64,000 nt of DNA, from the sequence record DRR723986_1318. The stretch is one strand, 5' to 3'. The position numbers and the translations under genes are program-made. A model generated the notes under the pieces. That model was not told the origin of the DNA. It did not search any database and was given only the letters and a program-made list of their open reading frames with translations. This document shows positions 1 through 10,290 of this stretch, piece by piece (the first letter of the stretch is position 1; each line of letters starts with the position of its first letter).

Positions 1-1
1 C

Positions 2-787
2 TATGACAAGCCGATGATTTATTATCCGCTATCGGTGTTAATGCTGGCGGGAATTCGTGACATCTTGATCATCACCACCCCTGAGGATCAATCATCATTT
101 CAGCGCTTGTTAGGCGATGGCAGTGATTTTGGCATTCACCTGAGCTATGCAGTACAGGCGAAACCGGAGGGCTTGGCGCAGGCGTTTATTATTGGCGAGC
201 AATTTATCGGCAATGACAGCGTATGCTTAGTGCTCGGGGATAATATTTTCTATGGCCAAGGGTTTCGGCCAATGCTTGAGTCCGCGGCTGCGCGAGGCAA
301 AGGCGCAACCGTATTTGGCTATCAAGTTAAAGACCCTCAGCGTTTTGGTGTTGTCGAGTTTGATGAGCAGCGACGGGCGTTGTCGATAGAAGAAAAGCCG
401 CAAAAGCCGAAGAGTCACTTTGCGGTTACCGGCTTGTATTTTTACGACAATGATGTGGTGGATATTGCCAAGCAGATAGAACCTTCCGAGCGCGGTGAAC
501 TGGAAATTACCTGCATCAACAATGCTTACCTTGAGCGTGGGGATCTTCAAGTCGAGTTATTGGGGCGGGGTTTTGCCTGGCTAGACACCGGCACCCATGA
601 CAGTCTGTTAGCGGCGGCGCACTTCGTTGAAACCATTGAGTCGCGGCAGGGCTACAAGATCGCCTGCTTGGAAGAAATTGCGTATTTCCGCGGCTGGCTG
701 AGCAATGCGGATATTGAACGCTTGGGGCAGTCTCTGGGTAAAAGTGGATATGGTGATTACCTTCTATCGCTGCTGGAGCATGAATGA
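2..787 (+). CDS. rfbA: Glucose-1-phosphate thymidylyltransferase (RmlA/RfbA), 5' end outside window
   Basis: Frame open from base 2 ([10 protein letters not shown]); motifs [38 protein letters not shown]. Confidence 0.96.
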   Translation, partial: YDKPMIYYPLSVLMLAGIRDILIITTPEDQSSFQRLLGDGSDFGIHLSYAVQAKPEGLAQAFIIGEQFIGNDSVCLVLGDNIFYGQGFRPMLESAAARGKGATVFGYQVKDPQRFGVVEFDEQRRALSIEEKPQKPKSHFAVTGLYFYDNDVVDIAKQIEPSERGELEITCINNAYLERGDLQVELLGRGFAWLDTGTHDSLLAAAHFVETIESRQGYKIACLEEIAYFRGWLSNADIERLGQSLGKSGYGDYLLSLLEHE

Positions 788-1848
788 ACACGGCTAGCGG
801 CGCAGCGCGCATTGTTCACTGCATGAATGCTCAGAAGTTTACCGAGCCTTTCATCGATTTCGTTGAGCAGCATTTCGATAGCAGTGAGCACCGATTTATA
901 ATTCGGGAGGACGATAAGTTTGTCGTCAATGCGCGTGAAAATGTTGTCCTGGTGCCTAAGTCGATAGGCCGCATTGCTTTGCTTAAACTCTATTACACCG
1001 AGTTCAAGTCTGCCGAGAAGATATTTCTACACGGCTTGTTTGCCAAAGACCTCGTTAAAATACTGGCGCTGCAATACTGGGTGCTCAAGAAGTGCTATTG
1101 GATTATGTGGGGGGCTGACCTCTATCATTTTATCTTCCGCAAACGCAGCTTACGTGCAAATATTTTTGAGCGCGTGCGGGCATTTGTTATTCGGCGCATC
1201 GGCCACCTTGTTAGCTATATTGATGGCGATATTGCGTTGGCCAGGCAGTGGTATGGCGCTTCGGGACAGGCGCATCGTTGCTTCATGTACTCAAGTAATT
1301 TGTATAAGCCCCTACCTGAAGTCAGCGCTGGAGAAAGCTCCACAGAGACGGTGATCTTGGTGGGTAATTCCGCTGACCCGCGCAATGAGCACTTGGAGAT
1401 TCTCGAGCGCATAGCGCCTTTTGCTGGGGAAAATATTCGTGTCGTTGCGCCGCTGTCCTATGGTCGGAAGCGCTATGCTGATGCGGTTATTGCTGAAGGG
1501 CAGAGGATATTTGGCGATAAATTCGAGGCCCTCACGGGCTTCATGCCCCTCAATGACTATGTTCGTTTGCTGAGTGAGGTGGATATCGCCGTGTTTAACC
1601 ACCGCCGTCAACAGGCTATGGGTAATAAAATCAGTTTGTTGGGCTTGGGTAAAAAAGTGTACATGCGCAGCGACATTACACCTTGGGCATTGTTCGCAGA
1701 AGAGGGCATCAAAGTCTTTGATATAGAAGATTTCGACCTCAACCACATTGCGCCCGAAGTGGCGCAGCGCAATAAGCAGCGGGTTGCGAGCGTTTTCTCC
1801 GAGGATAACTTGGTCTCGCAATACCGGGAGATGTTTGAGCCGTCATGA
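784..1848 (+). CDS. wecF: WecF/RffT-like TDP-Fuc4N(acyl) glycosyltransferase (GT56 family)
   Basis: [30 protein letters not shown] motifs typical of GT56; ATGA overlap with rfbA. Confidence 0.75.
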   Translation: MNTASGAARIVHCMNAQKFTEPFIDFVEQHFDSSEHRFIIREDDKFVVNARENVVLVPKSIGRIALLKLYYTEFKSAEKIFLHGLFAKDLVKILALQYWVLKKCYWIMWGADLYHFIFRKRSLRANIFERVRAFVIRRIGHLVSYIDGDIALARQWYGASGQAHRCFMYSSNLYKPLPEVSAGESSTETVILVGNSADPRNEHLEILERIAPFAGENIRVVAPLSYGRKRYADAVIAEGQRIFGDKFEALTGFMPLNDYVRLLSEVDIAVFNHRRQQAMGNKISLLGLGKKVYMRSDITPWALFAEEGIKVFDIEDFDLNHIAPEVAQRNKQRVASVFSEDNLVSQYREMFEPS

Positions 1849-2738
1849 AAGTAGGGTTTCACATTATTGGTGCTAAGGGGCTGCAGTCTCTGAAAGCATT
1901 TTTCGAGACCTTTGGTAGCGAAGCGGTCGGCTATGTTATGGCGGCTCGTGATGCCGCGATTGAGTACGATGCCTTTGATGATATCGAAGATTATTGCAAA
2001 GCCTCGTCGCTGACGTTTTGTGCGCGCGGAGATGCCTTGCATGGTGTTGACGAGCAGTGTGACGCAATTTTTGCTATTGGCTGGCGCTGGCTGATCGATG
2101 AAACCGATAAGCTAATTGTTTTTCACGACTCACCGCTGCCGCGATATCGCGGCTTTGCGCCCCTGGTCAATATGCTTATTGATGGCTGTGATGAAATTGC
2201 CGTTACGGCGTTATTGGCGGCTGATCAGTATGATCGCGGCGATATCGTTGCCCAAGCGGCTACGCCGATTACTTATCCACTTAAAATTGCCGACGCCATT
2301 GATCAGGCGGCTTCGCTGTACGCCAAACTGGTGGTCGAGGTGGGCGGCGCCATTCTTGCGTCAGGCAGCCTGCAAGGAGAGGCGCAGGATGAGGCCAATG
2401 CCAGCTATAGCTTATGGCGTGATGATGCAGACTACCGGGTAGATTTTTCCCGTTCTGCTGTTGAGCTGCGGCGGTTTATCGATGCGGTAGGCTACCCCTA
2501 TAAAGGGGCCTCGGCATTGGTGGGAGGGCTTCCTGTACGACTGCTGGACGCTGTCGCCTTGGCTGATGTCAACGTTGAAAACCGCCAGGCTCACTTGGGG
2601 AAGGTCATTTTTATGGAAGGGAATTACCCGGTGGTGGTGTGTGGCAGCGGCTTGCTAAAAATTACCGAGTTGCGCGATGAACAGGGGGCGTCCTTGCTGG
2701 GCAAATTAAAATTTCGTACGCGCTTTGAGGGCTGTTGA
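1845..2738 (+). CDS. Formyltransferase (Fmt fold), probable NDP-amino-sugar N-formyltransferase
   Basis: FHDSPLPRYRGFAP and YDRGDI formyltransferase motifs, C-terminal Fmt_C-like region; lies between wecF-like gene and wecE with overlapping stop/start. Confidence 0.8.
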   Translation: MKVGFHIIGAKGLQSLKAFFETFGSEAVGYVMAARDAAIEYDAFDDIEDYCKASSLTFCARGDALHGVDEQCDAIFAIGWRWLIDETDKLIVFHDSPLPRYRGFAPLVNMLIDGCDEIAVTALLAADQYDRGDIVAQAATPITYPLKIADAIDQAASLYAKLVVEVGGAILASGSLQGEAQDEANASYSLWRDDADYRVDFSRSAVELRRFIDAVGYPYKGASALVGGLPVRLLDAVALADVNVENRQAHLGKVIFMEGNYPVVVCGSGLLKITELRDEQGASLLGKLKFRTRFEGC

Positions 2739-3877
2739 TGAAAGATTTTCTTAGCTTTAACCGCCCGCCGCTCACCGGCAACGAGCAGCAGTATGTGATG
2801 CAGGCAATGGCCAGCGACAAAATATCCGGCGATGGCCAGTTTGGTAAGCGGTGCCAGCAATGGTTTGAAGAGCGCTTAGCAGTGCCAAAGACGCTGCTTA
2901 CGCCGTCTTGCACGCATGCTTTGGAAATGGCGGCGTTGCTAATCGATATTCAGCCAGGCGATGAAGTTATTATGCCTAGCTACACGTTTGTTAGCACCGC
3001 GAATGCTTTTGCCCTGCGCGGGGCTAGAATCGTCTTCGTCGATGTGCGCCCGGATACCATGAATATTGATGAGACGTTGATCGAAGCCGCGATTACGGAA
3101 AAAACGCGGGCGATTGTCCCCGTTCACTATGCCGGTGTTGCCTGTGAGATGGATGCCATTATGGATCTGGCGGCGCGCTATCAATTGTATGTGGTTGAGG
3201 ACGCGGCTCAAGCCGTACAGTCGCGCTTCTGCGGTCAAGCTGTCGGCACCCACGGGCATCTATCTGCTTTCAGTTTCCATGAAACCAAGAATGTGACGAG
3301 CGGCGGCGAAGGCGGCCTGCTTATCATTAACGACGAGAAATTTGCGCAACGCGCGGAGATTATTCGAGAAAAGGGGACTAACCGCAGTCAATTTTTTCGC
3401 GGCGAGGTCGACAAGTATTCCTGGGTGGATGTCGGCAGCAGTTATTTGCCCAGTGAGCTGCAGGCTGCCTACCTGTGGGGGCAATTAGAGCGCGTTGAGC
3501 AAATCACCGAACATCGCTTGCAAAGTTGGCAGCGATATTACGAATTGCTAGCGCCGCTGGCTCAGAAGGGGGTGGTCAGTTTGGCGACGATTCCTTCTCA
3601 TTGTGATCACAACGCCCATATGTTTTATCTGAAGGTGGCTGACCTGGCACAGCGCGGGCAACTGCTGTCACATTTAAAGGCTCAAGGCATCCTCGCTGTT
3701 TTCCACTATGTGCCGCTGCACTCTGCCGATGCCGCCAGTCAATACAGCCGTTTTCATGGCGCCGATCGCTATACTACCAGCGAGAGTGAGCGCCTATTGC
3801 GCCTGCCGCTGTACTACGGAATGTCGGTAGCGGATATCGACCGGGTCTGCCGGGCGGTGAATGACTTCTTCGCATAG
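2738..3877 (+). CDS. wecE: dTDP-4-amino-4,6-dideoxygalactose transaminase (WecE/RffA)
   Basis: [40 protein letters not shown] (PLP lysine), [12 protein letters not shown] overlaps upstream TGA. Confidence 0.93.
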   Translation: MKDFLSFNRPPLTGNEQQYVMQAMASDKISGDGQFGKRCQQWFEERLAVPKTLLTPSCTHALEMAALLIDIQPGDEVIMPSYTFVSTANAFALRGARIVFVDVRPDTMNIDETLIEAAITEKTRAIVPVHYAGVACEMDAIMDLAARYQLYVVEDAAQAVQSRFCGQAVGTHGHLSAFSFHETKNVTSGGEGGLLIINDEKFAQRAEIIREKGTNRSQFFRGEVDKYSWVDVGSSYLPSELQAAYLWGQLERVEQITEHRLQSWQRYYELLAPLAQKGVVSLATIPSHCDHNAHMFYLKVADLAQRGQLLSHLKAQGILAVFHYVPLHSADAASQYSRFHGADRYTTSESERLLRLPLYYGMSVADIDRVCRAVNDFFA

Positions 3878-3948
3878 CTGCGCCCGCTGCCGCCGCTGGC
3901 TGCGACATTTCCCCACAATGACCGGAGGAAGCCCCCGGTCAATCTCTG

Positions 3949-3954
3949 TATAAT
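3949..3954 (+). promoter_or_regulatory. Candidate sigma70 -10 box (TATAAT) for sulP-usp
   Basis: Perfect TATAAT ~100 nt upstream of the SulP start; no clear -35. Confidence 0.4.
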
Positions 3955-4055
3955 CGCCGAAAATTCCTCGCCGGAGCTGGCTTGATGCCTCTTCGGCTCG
4001 CTGCGGCCATTGTGTTGACAGCTCTGAAATTACCCCCAAAGAAATCGAGTTTTTC

Positions 4056-5549
4056 ATGTTACTACTGTCTAAAAAAGAAGACTGGCTCGGCAATATCCGC
4101 GCCGATATCCTCGCTGGTTTAGTGGTTGCGCTGGCGCTGATTCCCGAAGCGATCGCTTTTTCCATCATCGCGGGTGTAGACCCCAAAATCGGCCTGTATG
4201 CGTCGTTTTGTATCGCGGTGGTCATTGCCATCGTCGGTGGCCGCCCGGGGATGATCTCGGCGGCCACGGGGGCGATGGCGCTGCTGATGGTTACCCTCGT
4301 TAAGGAGCACGGCTTGCAGTATTTGCTAGCCGCGACCTTGCTTTGCGGGGTATTGCAGATCATTGCAGGCTACCTAAAGCTGGGGCAGCTGATGAGCTTC
4401 GTGTCGCGCTCGGTGGTCACCGGCTTTGTGAATGCCCTGGCCATTTTGATCTTTATGGCGCAGTTGCCCGAACTCACTAACGTAACGTGGCATGTCTACG
4501 CTATGACGGCGGCGGGTCTGGGGATAATTTACCTGTTCCCGCTACTGCCTAAAGTGGGCAAGATTATTCCGTCGCCGTTGGTATGTATCCTGACGCTCAC
4601 TGCATTTAGCCTCATTGTCGGTTTGGACATTCGCACAGTAGGCGACATGGGTGAGCTGCCCGACACGCTGCCTATGTTCCTGTGGCCAGACGTGCCGCTG
4701 AACTGGGAAACACTGCAGATCATCTTTCCTTACTCGGCCGCGTTGGCGGTGGTGGGTTTGCTGGAGTCGCTGATGACGGCAACGATCGTCGACGATCTCA
4801 CGGATACGGGCAGCGATAAGAACCGCGAGTGTAAAGGCCAGGGTATTGCCAATATTTTCTCGGGCTTGCTCGGTGGTATGGCGGGCTGTGCCATGATCGG
4901 TCAGTCGGTTATCAATGTTAAGTCGGGTGGCCGAGGCCGTTTGTCGACCTTCTTTGCCGGGGCGATGTTGCTGACAATGGTGGTTTTCCTCAGCGATTGG
5001 GTGTCGCGTATTCCGATGGCAGCGCTGGTGGCGGTAATGATTATGGTGTCGATCGGTACCTTTAACTGGTCTTCCATCAAGGGCCTGAAGACGAACCCGC
5101 TGTCGGCCAACATCATTATGCTAGCCACCGTGGCGGTGGTGGTATGGACCCATAATCTGGCCTTCGGGGTACTGACGGGCGTGCTGCTGGCGGCGCTGTT
5201 CTTTGCCAATAAGGTTAGCCACTTCATGTATGTGGACAGCGTGCTCAAAGAGGGCGGCGGCCAGCGTAACTACCGCGTCGTCGGTCAGGTGTTCTTTAAT
5301 TCAGCGGATCGCTTCGCGGCAAACTTTGACTTTAAGGAAGCCCTTGATAAGGTGGTCATAGACCTGAGCCGCGCCCATTTTTGGGATATTTCTGCCGTTG
5401 CCGCCTTGGACAAGGTGGTCATCAAATTTCGCCGAGAAGGTGCAGAGGTCGAGTTGATTGGCTTAAACGATGCCACGGCAACCATTGTCGATCGCTTTGG
5501 TATTCACGATAAACCCGAAGAAATTGAAAAAGTGCTGGGAGCCCACTGA
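4056..5549 (+). CDS. SulP family inorganic anion transporter with C-terminal STAS domain
   Basis: [40 protein letters not shown]; hydrophobic core plus STAS-like tail (FWDISAV). Confidence 0.93.
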   Translation: MLLLSKKEDWLGNIRADILAGLVVALALIPEAIAFSIIAGVDPKIGLYASFCIAVVIAIVGGRPGMISAATGAMALLMVTLVKEHGLQYLLAATLLCGVLQIIAGYLKLGQLMSFVSRSVVTGFVNALAILIFMAQLPELTNVTWHVYAMTAAGLGIIYLFPLLPKVGKIIPSPLVCILTLTAFSLIVGLDIRTVGDMGELPDTLPMFLWPDVPLNWETLQIIFPYSAALAVVGLLESLMTATIVDDLTDTGSDKNRECKGQGIANIFSGLLGGMAGCAMIGQSVINVKSGGRGRLSTFFAGAMLLTMVVFLSDWVSRIPMAALVAVMIMVSIGTFNWSSIKGLKTNPLSANIIMLATVAVVVWTHNLAFGVLTGVLLAALFFANKVSHFMYVDSVLKEGGGQRNYRVVGQVFFNSADRFAANFDFKEALDKVVIDLSRAHFWDISAVAALDKVVIKFRREGAEVELIGLNDATATIVDRFGIHDKPEEIEKVLGAH

Positions 5550-6397
5550 TGACGGATAATTATGTCTTGGCCTGCATTGATGGCGCCGCACTTAGCACCG
5601 CCGTGTGCGACTACGCGGCGTGGATCGCCAGCCGCGTTCAGGCGCCGGTTAAGCTGCTGCACAATCTTGAACATCGCCCGCAGGCGGCGGTGGCCGATTT
5701 AAGCGGCAGTATCGGCCTTGGCAGTCAGGAAGAGCTGCTGGAAGAGCTCACACGGGTCGAGCAGGAGCGCAGCCGTCTGTTGATGCAGAAGGGCAAGTTG
5801 ATGCTCAAGGCAGCCGAAGAACGGGTGCATGCAGATGGCGTGGAACAGGTTGAGTGCTGGCAGCGCCACGGCAGTCTGCAGGAATCGCTGATTGAGAACG
5901 AGCAGAATATCCGCGTGCTGGTGATGGGCGTGCGCGGTGAGGAGCATCACGCGGGGCAGTTAGGCGCGCATTTGGAAAGTGTTATTCGCGGCTTGCACCG
6001 GCCGGTACTGGTGGTGAACAGTGCGTTTAGTGCACCGAAGAACGTCATGCTTGCCTACAACGGCACCGAGGCGTCTCAGAAGGCCCTGGACATGGTGGCC
6101 GCCAGCCCGCTCTTCAAAGACATTCCCTGCAAGCTGGTTTACGTTGGCGACGACAAACGGGCGGCGGAGATTTTAGCTGATGGCAGTCGCCGGCTTACGG
6201 CGGCGGGCATAGCGCACGAGAGTGTGCAGCTGCAGGGAAAGATCGACGAGGCACTCATCAGCTACCAGTCGAAAGAAGGGATCGATCTCACCGTAATGGG
6301 GGCGTACAGCCACCACCGCATTCGCGATGTGCTGTTGGGTAGCTTTACGGCAAAAATGCTCAGCAAGACCCAAAAGCCGCTGCTGCTATTGCGCTAG
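5549..6397 (+). CDS. Universal stress protein (tandem USP domains)
   Basis: VLACIDG, LVMGVRG, VMGAYSHHRIRDVLLGS; TGATG coupling to SulP. Confidence 0.92.
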   Translation: MTDNYVLACIDGAALSTAVCDYAAWIASRVQAPVKLLHNLEHRPQAAVADLSGSIGLGSQEELLEELTRVEQERSRLLMQKGKLMLKAAEERVHADGVEQVECWQRHGSLQESLIENEQNIRVLVMGVRGEEHHAGQLGAHLESVIRGLHRPVLVVNSAFSAPKNVMLAYNGTEASQKALDMVAASPLFKDIPCKLVYVGDDKRAAEILADGSRRLTAAGIAHESVQLQGKIDEALISYQSKEGIDLTVMGAYSHHRIRDVLLGSFTAKMLSKTQKPLLLLR

Positions 6398-6555
6398 GCG
6401 GGTTGAATCTGTCCGCTCTTCACATCGCCTAGCGGTGTGTTCGGCGGTAACATCGCCCTCAAGTGATGATTTCGGTCGCACTTGGAGGGTGAAGACTCGC
6501 CGCCAAGCGTTGTGCGATCGCCAAACCTGATAAAACGATAAACAAGGGGAAGGCT

Positions 6556-7992
6556 ATGAACGCAATACAACCCGCCGTCAGTGAGATTGCTGCACCACTT
6601 CACCAGGCATTCGACCTACAGCGCCAGGCCTATTTGGCTGCGCCAGTGCCCAACTACAGTGAGCGCAAACAAGACCTTCAGCGCTTGAAGAGCATGCTTA
6701 GCGACAACCGCGAAGCGATTATTGATGCGATCTGTCAGGATTATGGCAATCGCTCGCGTCACGAGAGTTTGTTTGCGGAAATCATCGCAGTAACCGATGC
6801 CATCAACGATGTGATCAAGCATCTAAAAAAATGGATGCGCGTACAAAAACGCCACGTTGATCACACCATGTTTCCCGGCGGCCGCAACCGTGTCATTCCC
6901 CAGCCCTTGGGCGTGGTGGGAATCATCGTACCGTGGAATTTTCCGGTAAATCTCAGCTTTGTACCCATTGCCCAAGCCTTTGCCGCGGGCAACCGCGCCA
7001 TGGTGAAAATGTCCGAGAACTCGCGCGCACTGAGCGCCTTGCTTCGCGAGTTGACCGCCAAGTACTTCGCTGAAGACAAGCTGCAATTTTTTGATGAAAC
7101 TGGCGGTGTCGGCATCGAATTTTCGAAGATCCCCTTCGACCTGCTCGTGTTTACCGGCTCAGGCCAGACCGGCAAGTCGGTGATGGCTGCTGCGGCGCAA
7201 AACCTGACACCGGTGGTGTTAGAGCTAGGCGGAAAGGCCCCTGCGGTGATTGATCCGGACTACCCGATTGAAAAAGCCGTTGGACGAATCATGTTCATCA
7301 AGCAATTCAATGCCGGGCAAATTTGCACCAACGTCGACTATGTATTCGTGCACAGCAGCCAACGAGAAGCCTTTGTGAACGAGGCAAAACGCTACGTTGC
7401 CAAGCACTGCCCTGATATTAATCATCAAGACTACACCTCAATTATCGACGACCGCTCAATGCAGCGTTTACAGGCTACCCTTGAGGATGCGCGTTCGAAA
7501 GGTGCAACGGTCATCAACCTGAACGACCAAGACGCGAATATCGAGGCGCGAAAACTGCCGCTGCACCTGGTGTTGGACACCACGCCCGAAATGACCATTC
7601 GCCAGCGCGAAACTTTCGGCCCGCTGTTAATGGTGTTGGAGTACGACAGCCCGTCCGAAGTGGTCGACTACGTGAATGCCCATGACCGCCCGCTAGCGTT
7701 TTACCCTTTCACCAAGAAGCGCGAGTTGGCCGACATGTATATTGAACGGGTCATGTCGGGTGGCGTAACGGTTAACGATGCGCTGTTCCACCTTGCTCAG
7801 CACGATCTGCCCTTTGGTGGTGTGGGCGGCAGTGGCATGGGTCACTATCACGGCTATGAAGGGTTTATCACCTTCAGTAAGCTGCGTCCGATCTACTATC
7901 AGCCCGGTTTCTCACCGATGGAGTGGCTGCGCCCACCCTATGGCAATTTCGCCACGCGCTTCTACAACCTGCTGCTAAAACTCAAGGGCTGA
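6556..7992 (+). CDS. calB: Coniferyl-aldehyde dehydrogenase-like NAD(P)+ aldehyde dehydrogenase
   Basis: PWNFP, FTGS, LELGGKAP, NAGQIC, ETFGP, LPFGGVG; CalB/ALDH3-like N-terminus. Confidence 0.8.
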   Translation: MNAIQPAVSEIAAPLHQAFDLQRQAYLAAPVPNYSERKQDLQRLKSMLSDNREAIIDAICQDYGNRSRHESLFAEIIAVTDAINDVIKHLKKWMRVQKRHVDHTMFPGGRNRVIPQPLGVVGIIVPWNFPVNLSFVPIAQAFAAGNRAMVKMSENSRALSALLRELTAKYFAEDKLQFFDETGGVGIEFSKIPFDLLVFTGSGQTGKSVMAAAAQNLTPVVLELGGKAPAVIDPDYPIEKAVGRIMFIKQFNAGQICTNVDYVFVHSSQREAFVNEAKRYVAKHCPDINHQDYTSIIDDRSMQRLQATLEDARSKGATVINLNDQDANIEARKLPLHLVLDTTPEMTIRQRETFGPLLMVLEYDSPSEVVDYVNAHDRPLAFYPFTKKRELADMYIERVMSGGVTVNDALFHLAQHDLPFGGVGGSGMGHYHGYEGFITFSKLRPIYYQPGFSPMEWLRPPYGNFATRFYNLLLKLKG

Positions 7993-8075
7993 TCGCTCGT
8001 CATTTAGCCAGTGTCTCAATAGGGGAGCGTAGCTGCTCCCCGTGCTTCCCAGAAAACCAATAAATAGGAATTGCT

Positions 8076-10226
8076 ATGAAGACTGCAATGCGCCTGTTGA
8101 GCAGTACTGTGCTGCTCGCGATGACCCTAAGCGGCTGTAGCCGCGATGTTGACACGAAGGCCAACGCTGGTAGCCAGCCTGTTAATGCTGAACGAATCAT
8201 TGCTGCCGCGCCCGGTGAGTGGGTGAGCCACGGACGTGATTATGCCGAGCAGCGTTTTAGTCCGCTCAAGCAGATCAACGATGAAACGGTAAGTGAGCTG
8301 GGCTTGGCGTGGTATGCCGACTTGCCCACGCGTCGCGGCATTGAGAGCACGCCGCTAATGGCAGACGGCGTGCTATATGTAACGGCGTCGTGGGGCCACG
8401 TGCTCGCCTTTGATGCGCGTAACGGCGCATTGCTTTGGCACTTCGACCCCAGGGTTCCCAAGGACTACGGCGTCAATGGCTGCTGCGACGGGGTTAACCG
8501 CGGGGTGGCGCTTTGGGGCAACGCTGTTTACGTCGCCAGTTATGATGGCCGCTTGAGTGCCCTCGACAGGCACACCGGCGAGCTGCAATGGCAGGTGGAT
8601 ACCCGAATAAACCAGCAAGACCCCTACACCGTTACCGGTGCGCCGCGTATTGTCGACGGCCGCGTCATTATTGGTAACGGCGGTGCCGAACTCGGCGTTC
8701 GCGGCTATGTGAGTGCCTTTGACGCAAAGACCGGTGAGCTGGACTGGCGTTTTTATACGGTGCCCGGCAATCCGGCTAAGGGTTTTGAAGACGACATCCA
8801 GAAAATGATCGCCAAAACCTGGCACGGTAAGTGGTGGGAAAATGGCAAGGGCGGCGGTACCGCTTGGGACTCTTTCGCCTACGACCCCGAGCTGAACCTG
8901 CTTTACATCGGGGTGGGTAATGGCTCGAGCTGGAACCGCAAAGCGCGCAGTGATGGCAAAGGCGATAATTTATTCCTGTCGTCAATTGTGGCCGTGAAAG
9001 CCGACACAGGAGAGTATGTCTGGCACTACCAAACGACCCCTGGCGACAGTTGGGACTACACGGCGACACAGCACATGATTCTCGCCGAGTTAGAAATTGA
9101 TGGCGTCGAGCGTAAGGTCATTATGCAAGCGCCGAAAAACGGCTTCTTTTATGTGCTCGATCGCCGCAGCGGCGAATTATTGTCAGCTGAGAAATACATG
9201 CCCGTAAACTGGGCAAGCCATGTGGATATGGAAACGGGGCGGCCGGTGGAAGCCGCGGGCCTGCGCGATGGTACTTTCCCGGGCATGGTGCGACCCGCGC
9301 CCAGTGGCGCCCACAATTGGCAGCCCATGTCATTCAGCCCGCAAACCGGCTTGGTGTACATTCCGGCGATGAGTTCGGGGGCAATCTATTCAGACGACTT
9401 TTCCGCGAAGGACCGCAAGGGCACCTGGAATACCAACTACGCTGTTGAAGCAATGCTCGAGGTGCCCGACCAGGTGACAGTAGAGCAACGCAAGGCAATG
9501 GGTGAAATGCTGCTGCAGTCGGTGCTGATCGCGAGGGACCCTGTTAGCAATACCGATGCCTGGCGAATTGAGGGCGGCTACTTCTCGGCCAGCGGCTTGC
9601 TGTCCACGGCGGGGAACTTGCTATTTCAAGGAGACTTGGACGGGCAGTTTCGCGCCCGCGCGGCCGATACCGGGAAGTTGCTTTGGCAAAAAGATGTACA
9701 GGGAGGTTTGATGGCTGCACCGATGAGCTATGAGCTTGATGGTGAGCAGTACATTGCCATTGCCCAGGGCTGGGGAGGTATCAGTGGCCTGCCCTACGGA
9801 GCGGTATCTGGCCCGAGGAATATGATCAATATTAGCCGCGTGCTGGTCTTTAAGCTCGGTGCCAATACCGAACTGCCGCGCATCCCTGTTGTTGAGCAAG
9901 CCCTGCCAAAGCCCGCATTGGCGGCGGCAAGCGATGAAGACATTGCGAAAGGGCGTGAGCTGTTCAACCTCTACTGCGCGGTCTGTCACGGCGGCAATGC
10001 CATTAGTGCGGGGCTGATTTCCGATTTGCGTTACCGCATTAATGATCTCGACGACGCGTGGCTTGCCATTGTGCGCGACGGTGCGTTGGCTTCCATGGGC
10101 ATGCCCGCGAGAGGTGAGTTCATTGATAACGATGAAGCCATCGCGATCAAGCACTATGTTGTCGAGCAGGCGCGCTTAGGACACGAGCGTGGCGAGAAGC
10201 GCTTGATAAGGGGCGCTGCGCAATAG
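8076..10226 (+). CDS. PQQ-dependent quinohaemoprotein alcohol dehydrogenase (type II), probable lipoprotein
   Basis: Trp-docking repeats, vicinal CC (GCCDGVNRG), WDYTAT, C-terminal CAVCH haem motif, lipobox-like LSGC. Confidence 0.92.
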   Translation: MKTAMRLLSSTVLLAMTLSGCSRDVDTKANAGSQPVNAERIIAAAPGEWVSHGRDYAEQRFSPLKQINDETVSELGLAWYADLPTRRGIESTPLMADGVLYVTASWGHVLAFDARNGALLWHFDPRVPKDYGVNGCCDGVNRGVALWGNAVYVASYDGRLSALDRHTGELQWQVDTRINQQDPYTVTGAPRIVDGRVIIGNGGAELGVRGYVSAFDAKTGELDWRFYTVPGNPAKGFEDDIQKMIAKTWHGKWWENGKGGGTAWDSFAYDPELNLLYIGVGNGSSWNRKARSDGKGDNLFLSSIVAVKADTGEYVWHYQTTPGDSWDYTATQHMILAELEIDGVERKVIMQAPKNGFFYVLDRRSGELLSAEKYMPVNWASHVDMETGRPVEAAGLRDGTFPGMVRPAPSGAHNWQPMSFSPQTGLVYIPAMSSGAIYSDDFSAKDRKGTWNTNYAVEAMLEVPDQVTVEQRKAMGEMLLQSVLIARDPVSNTDAWRIEGGYFSASGLLSTAGNLLFQGDLDGQFRARAADTGKLLWQKDVQGGLMAAPMSYELDGEQYIAIAQGWGGISGLPYGAVSGPRNMINISRVLVFKLGANTELPRIPVVEQALPKPALAAASDEDIAKGRELFNLYCAVCHGGNAISAGLISDLRYRINDLDDAWLAIVRDGALASMGMPARGEFIDNDEAIAIKHYVVEQARLGHERGEKRLIRGAAQ

Positions 10227-10240
10227 CCATCGGCAGAGGG

Positions 10241-10270
10241 AAAAACAGCGGCTCTTGCCGCTGTTTTTTT
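10241..10270. terminator. Bidirectional intrinsic terminator
   Basis: aaaaacagcggc-tctt-gccgctgttttttt between convergent ADH and peroxidase genes. Confidence 0.9.
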
Positions 10271-10290
10271 GCGCGCTTATTTCGCTGAAC

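Noticed and set aside
1845-2738. Methionyl-tRNA formyltransferase (fmt)
   Set aside because: No def neighbour, lacks the Fmt N-terminal GTPxF motif, and is embedded in a sugar-nucleotide cluster
8076-10226. Lanthanide-dependent PQQ dehydrogenase
   Set aside because: Active-site motif is D-Y-T (WDYTAT), lacking the extra Asp (D-x-D) of lanthanide enzymes; Ca-type is more likely
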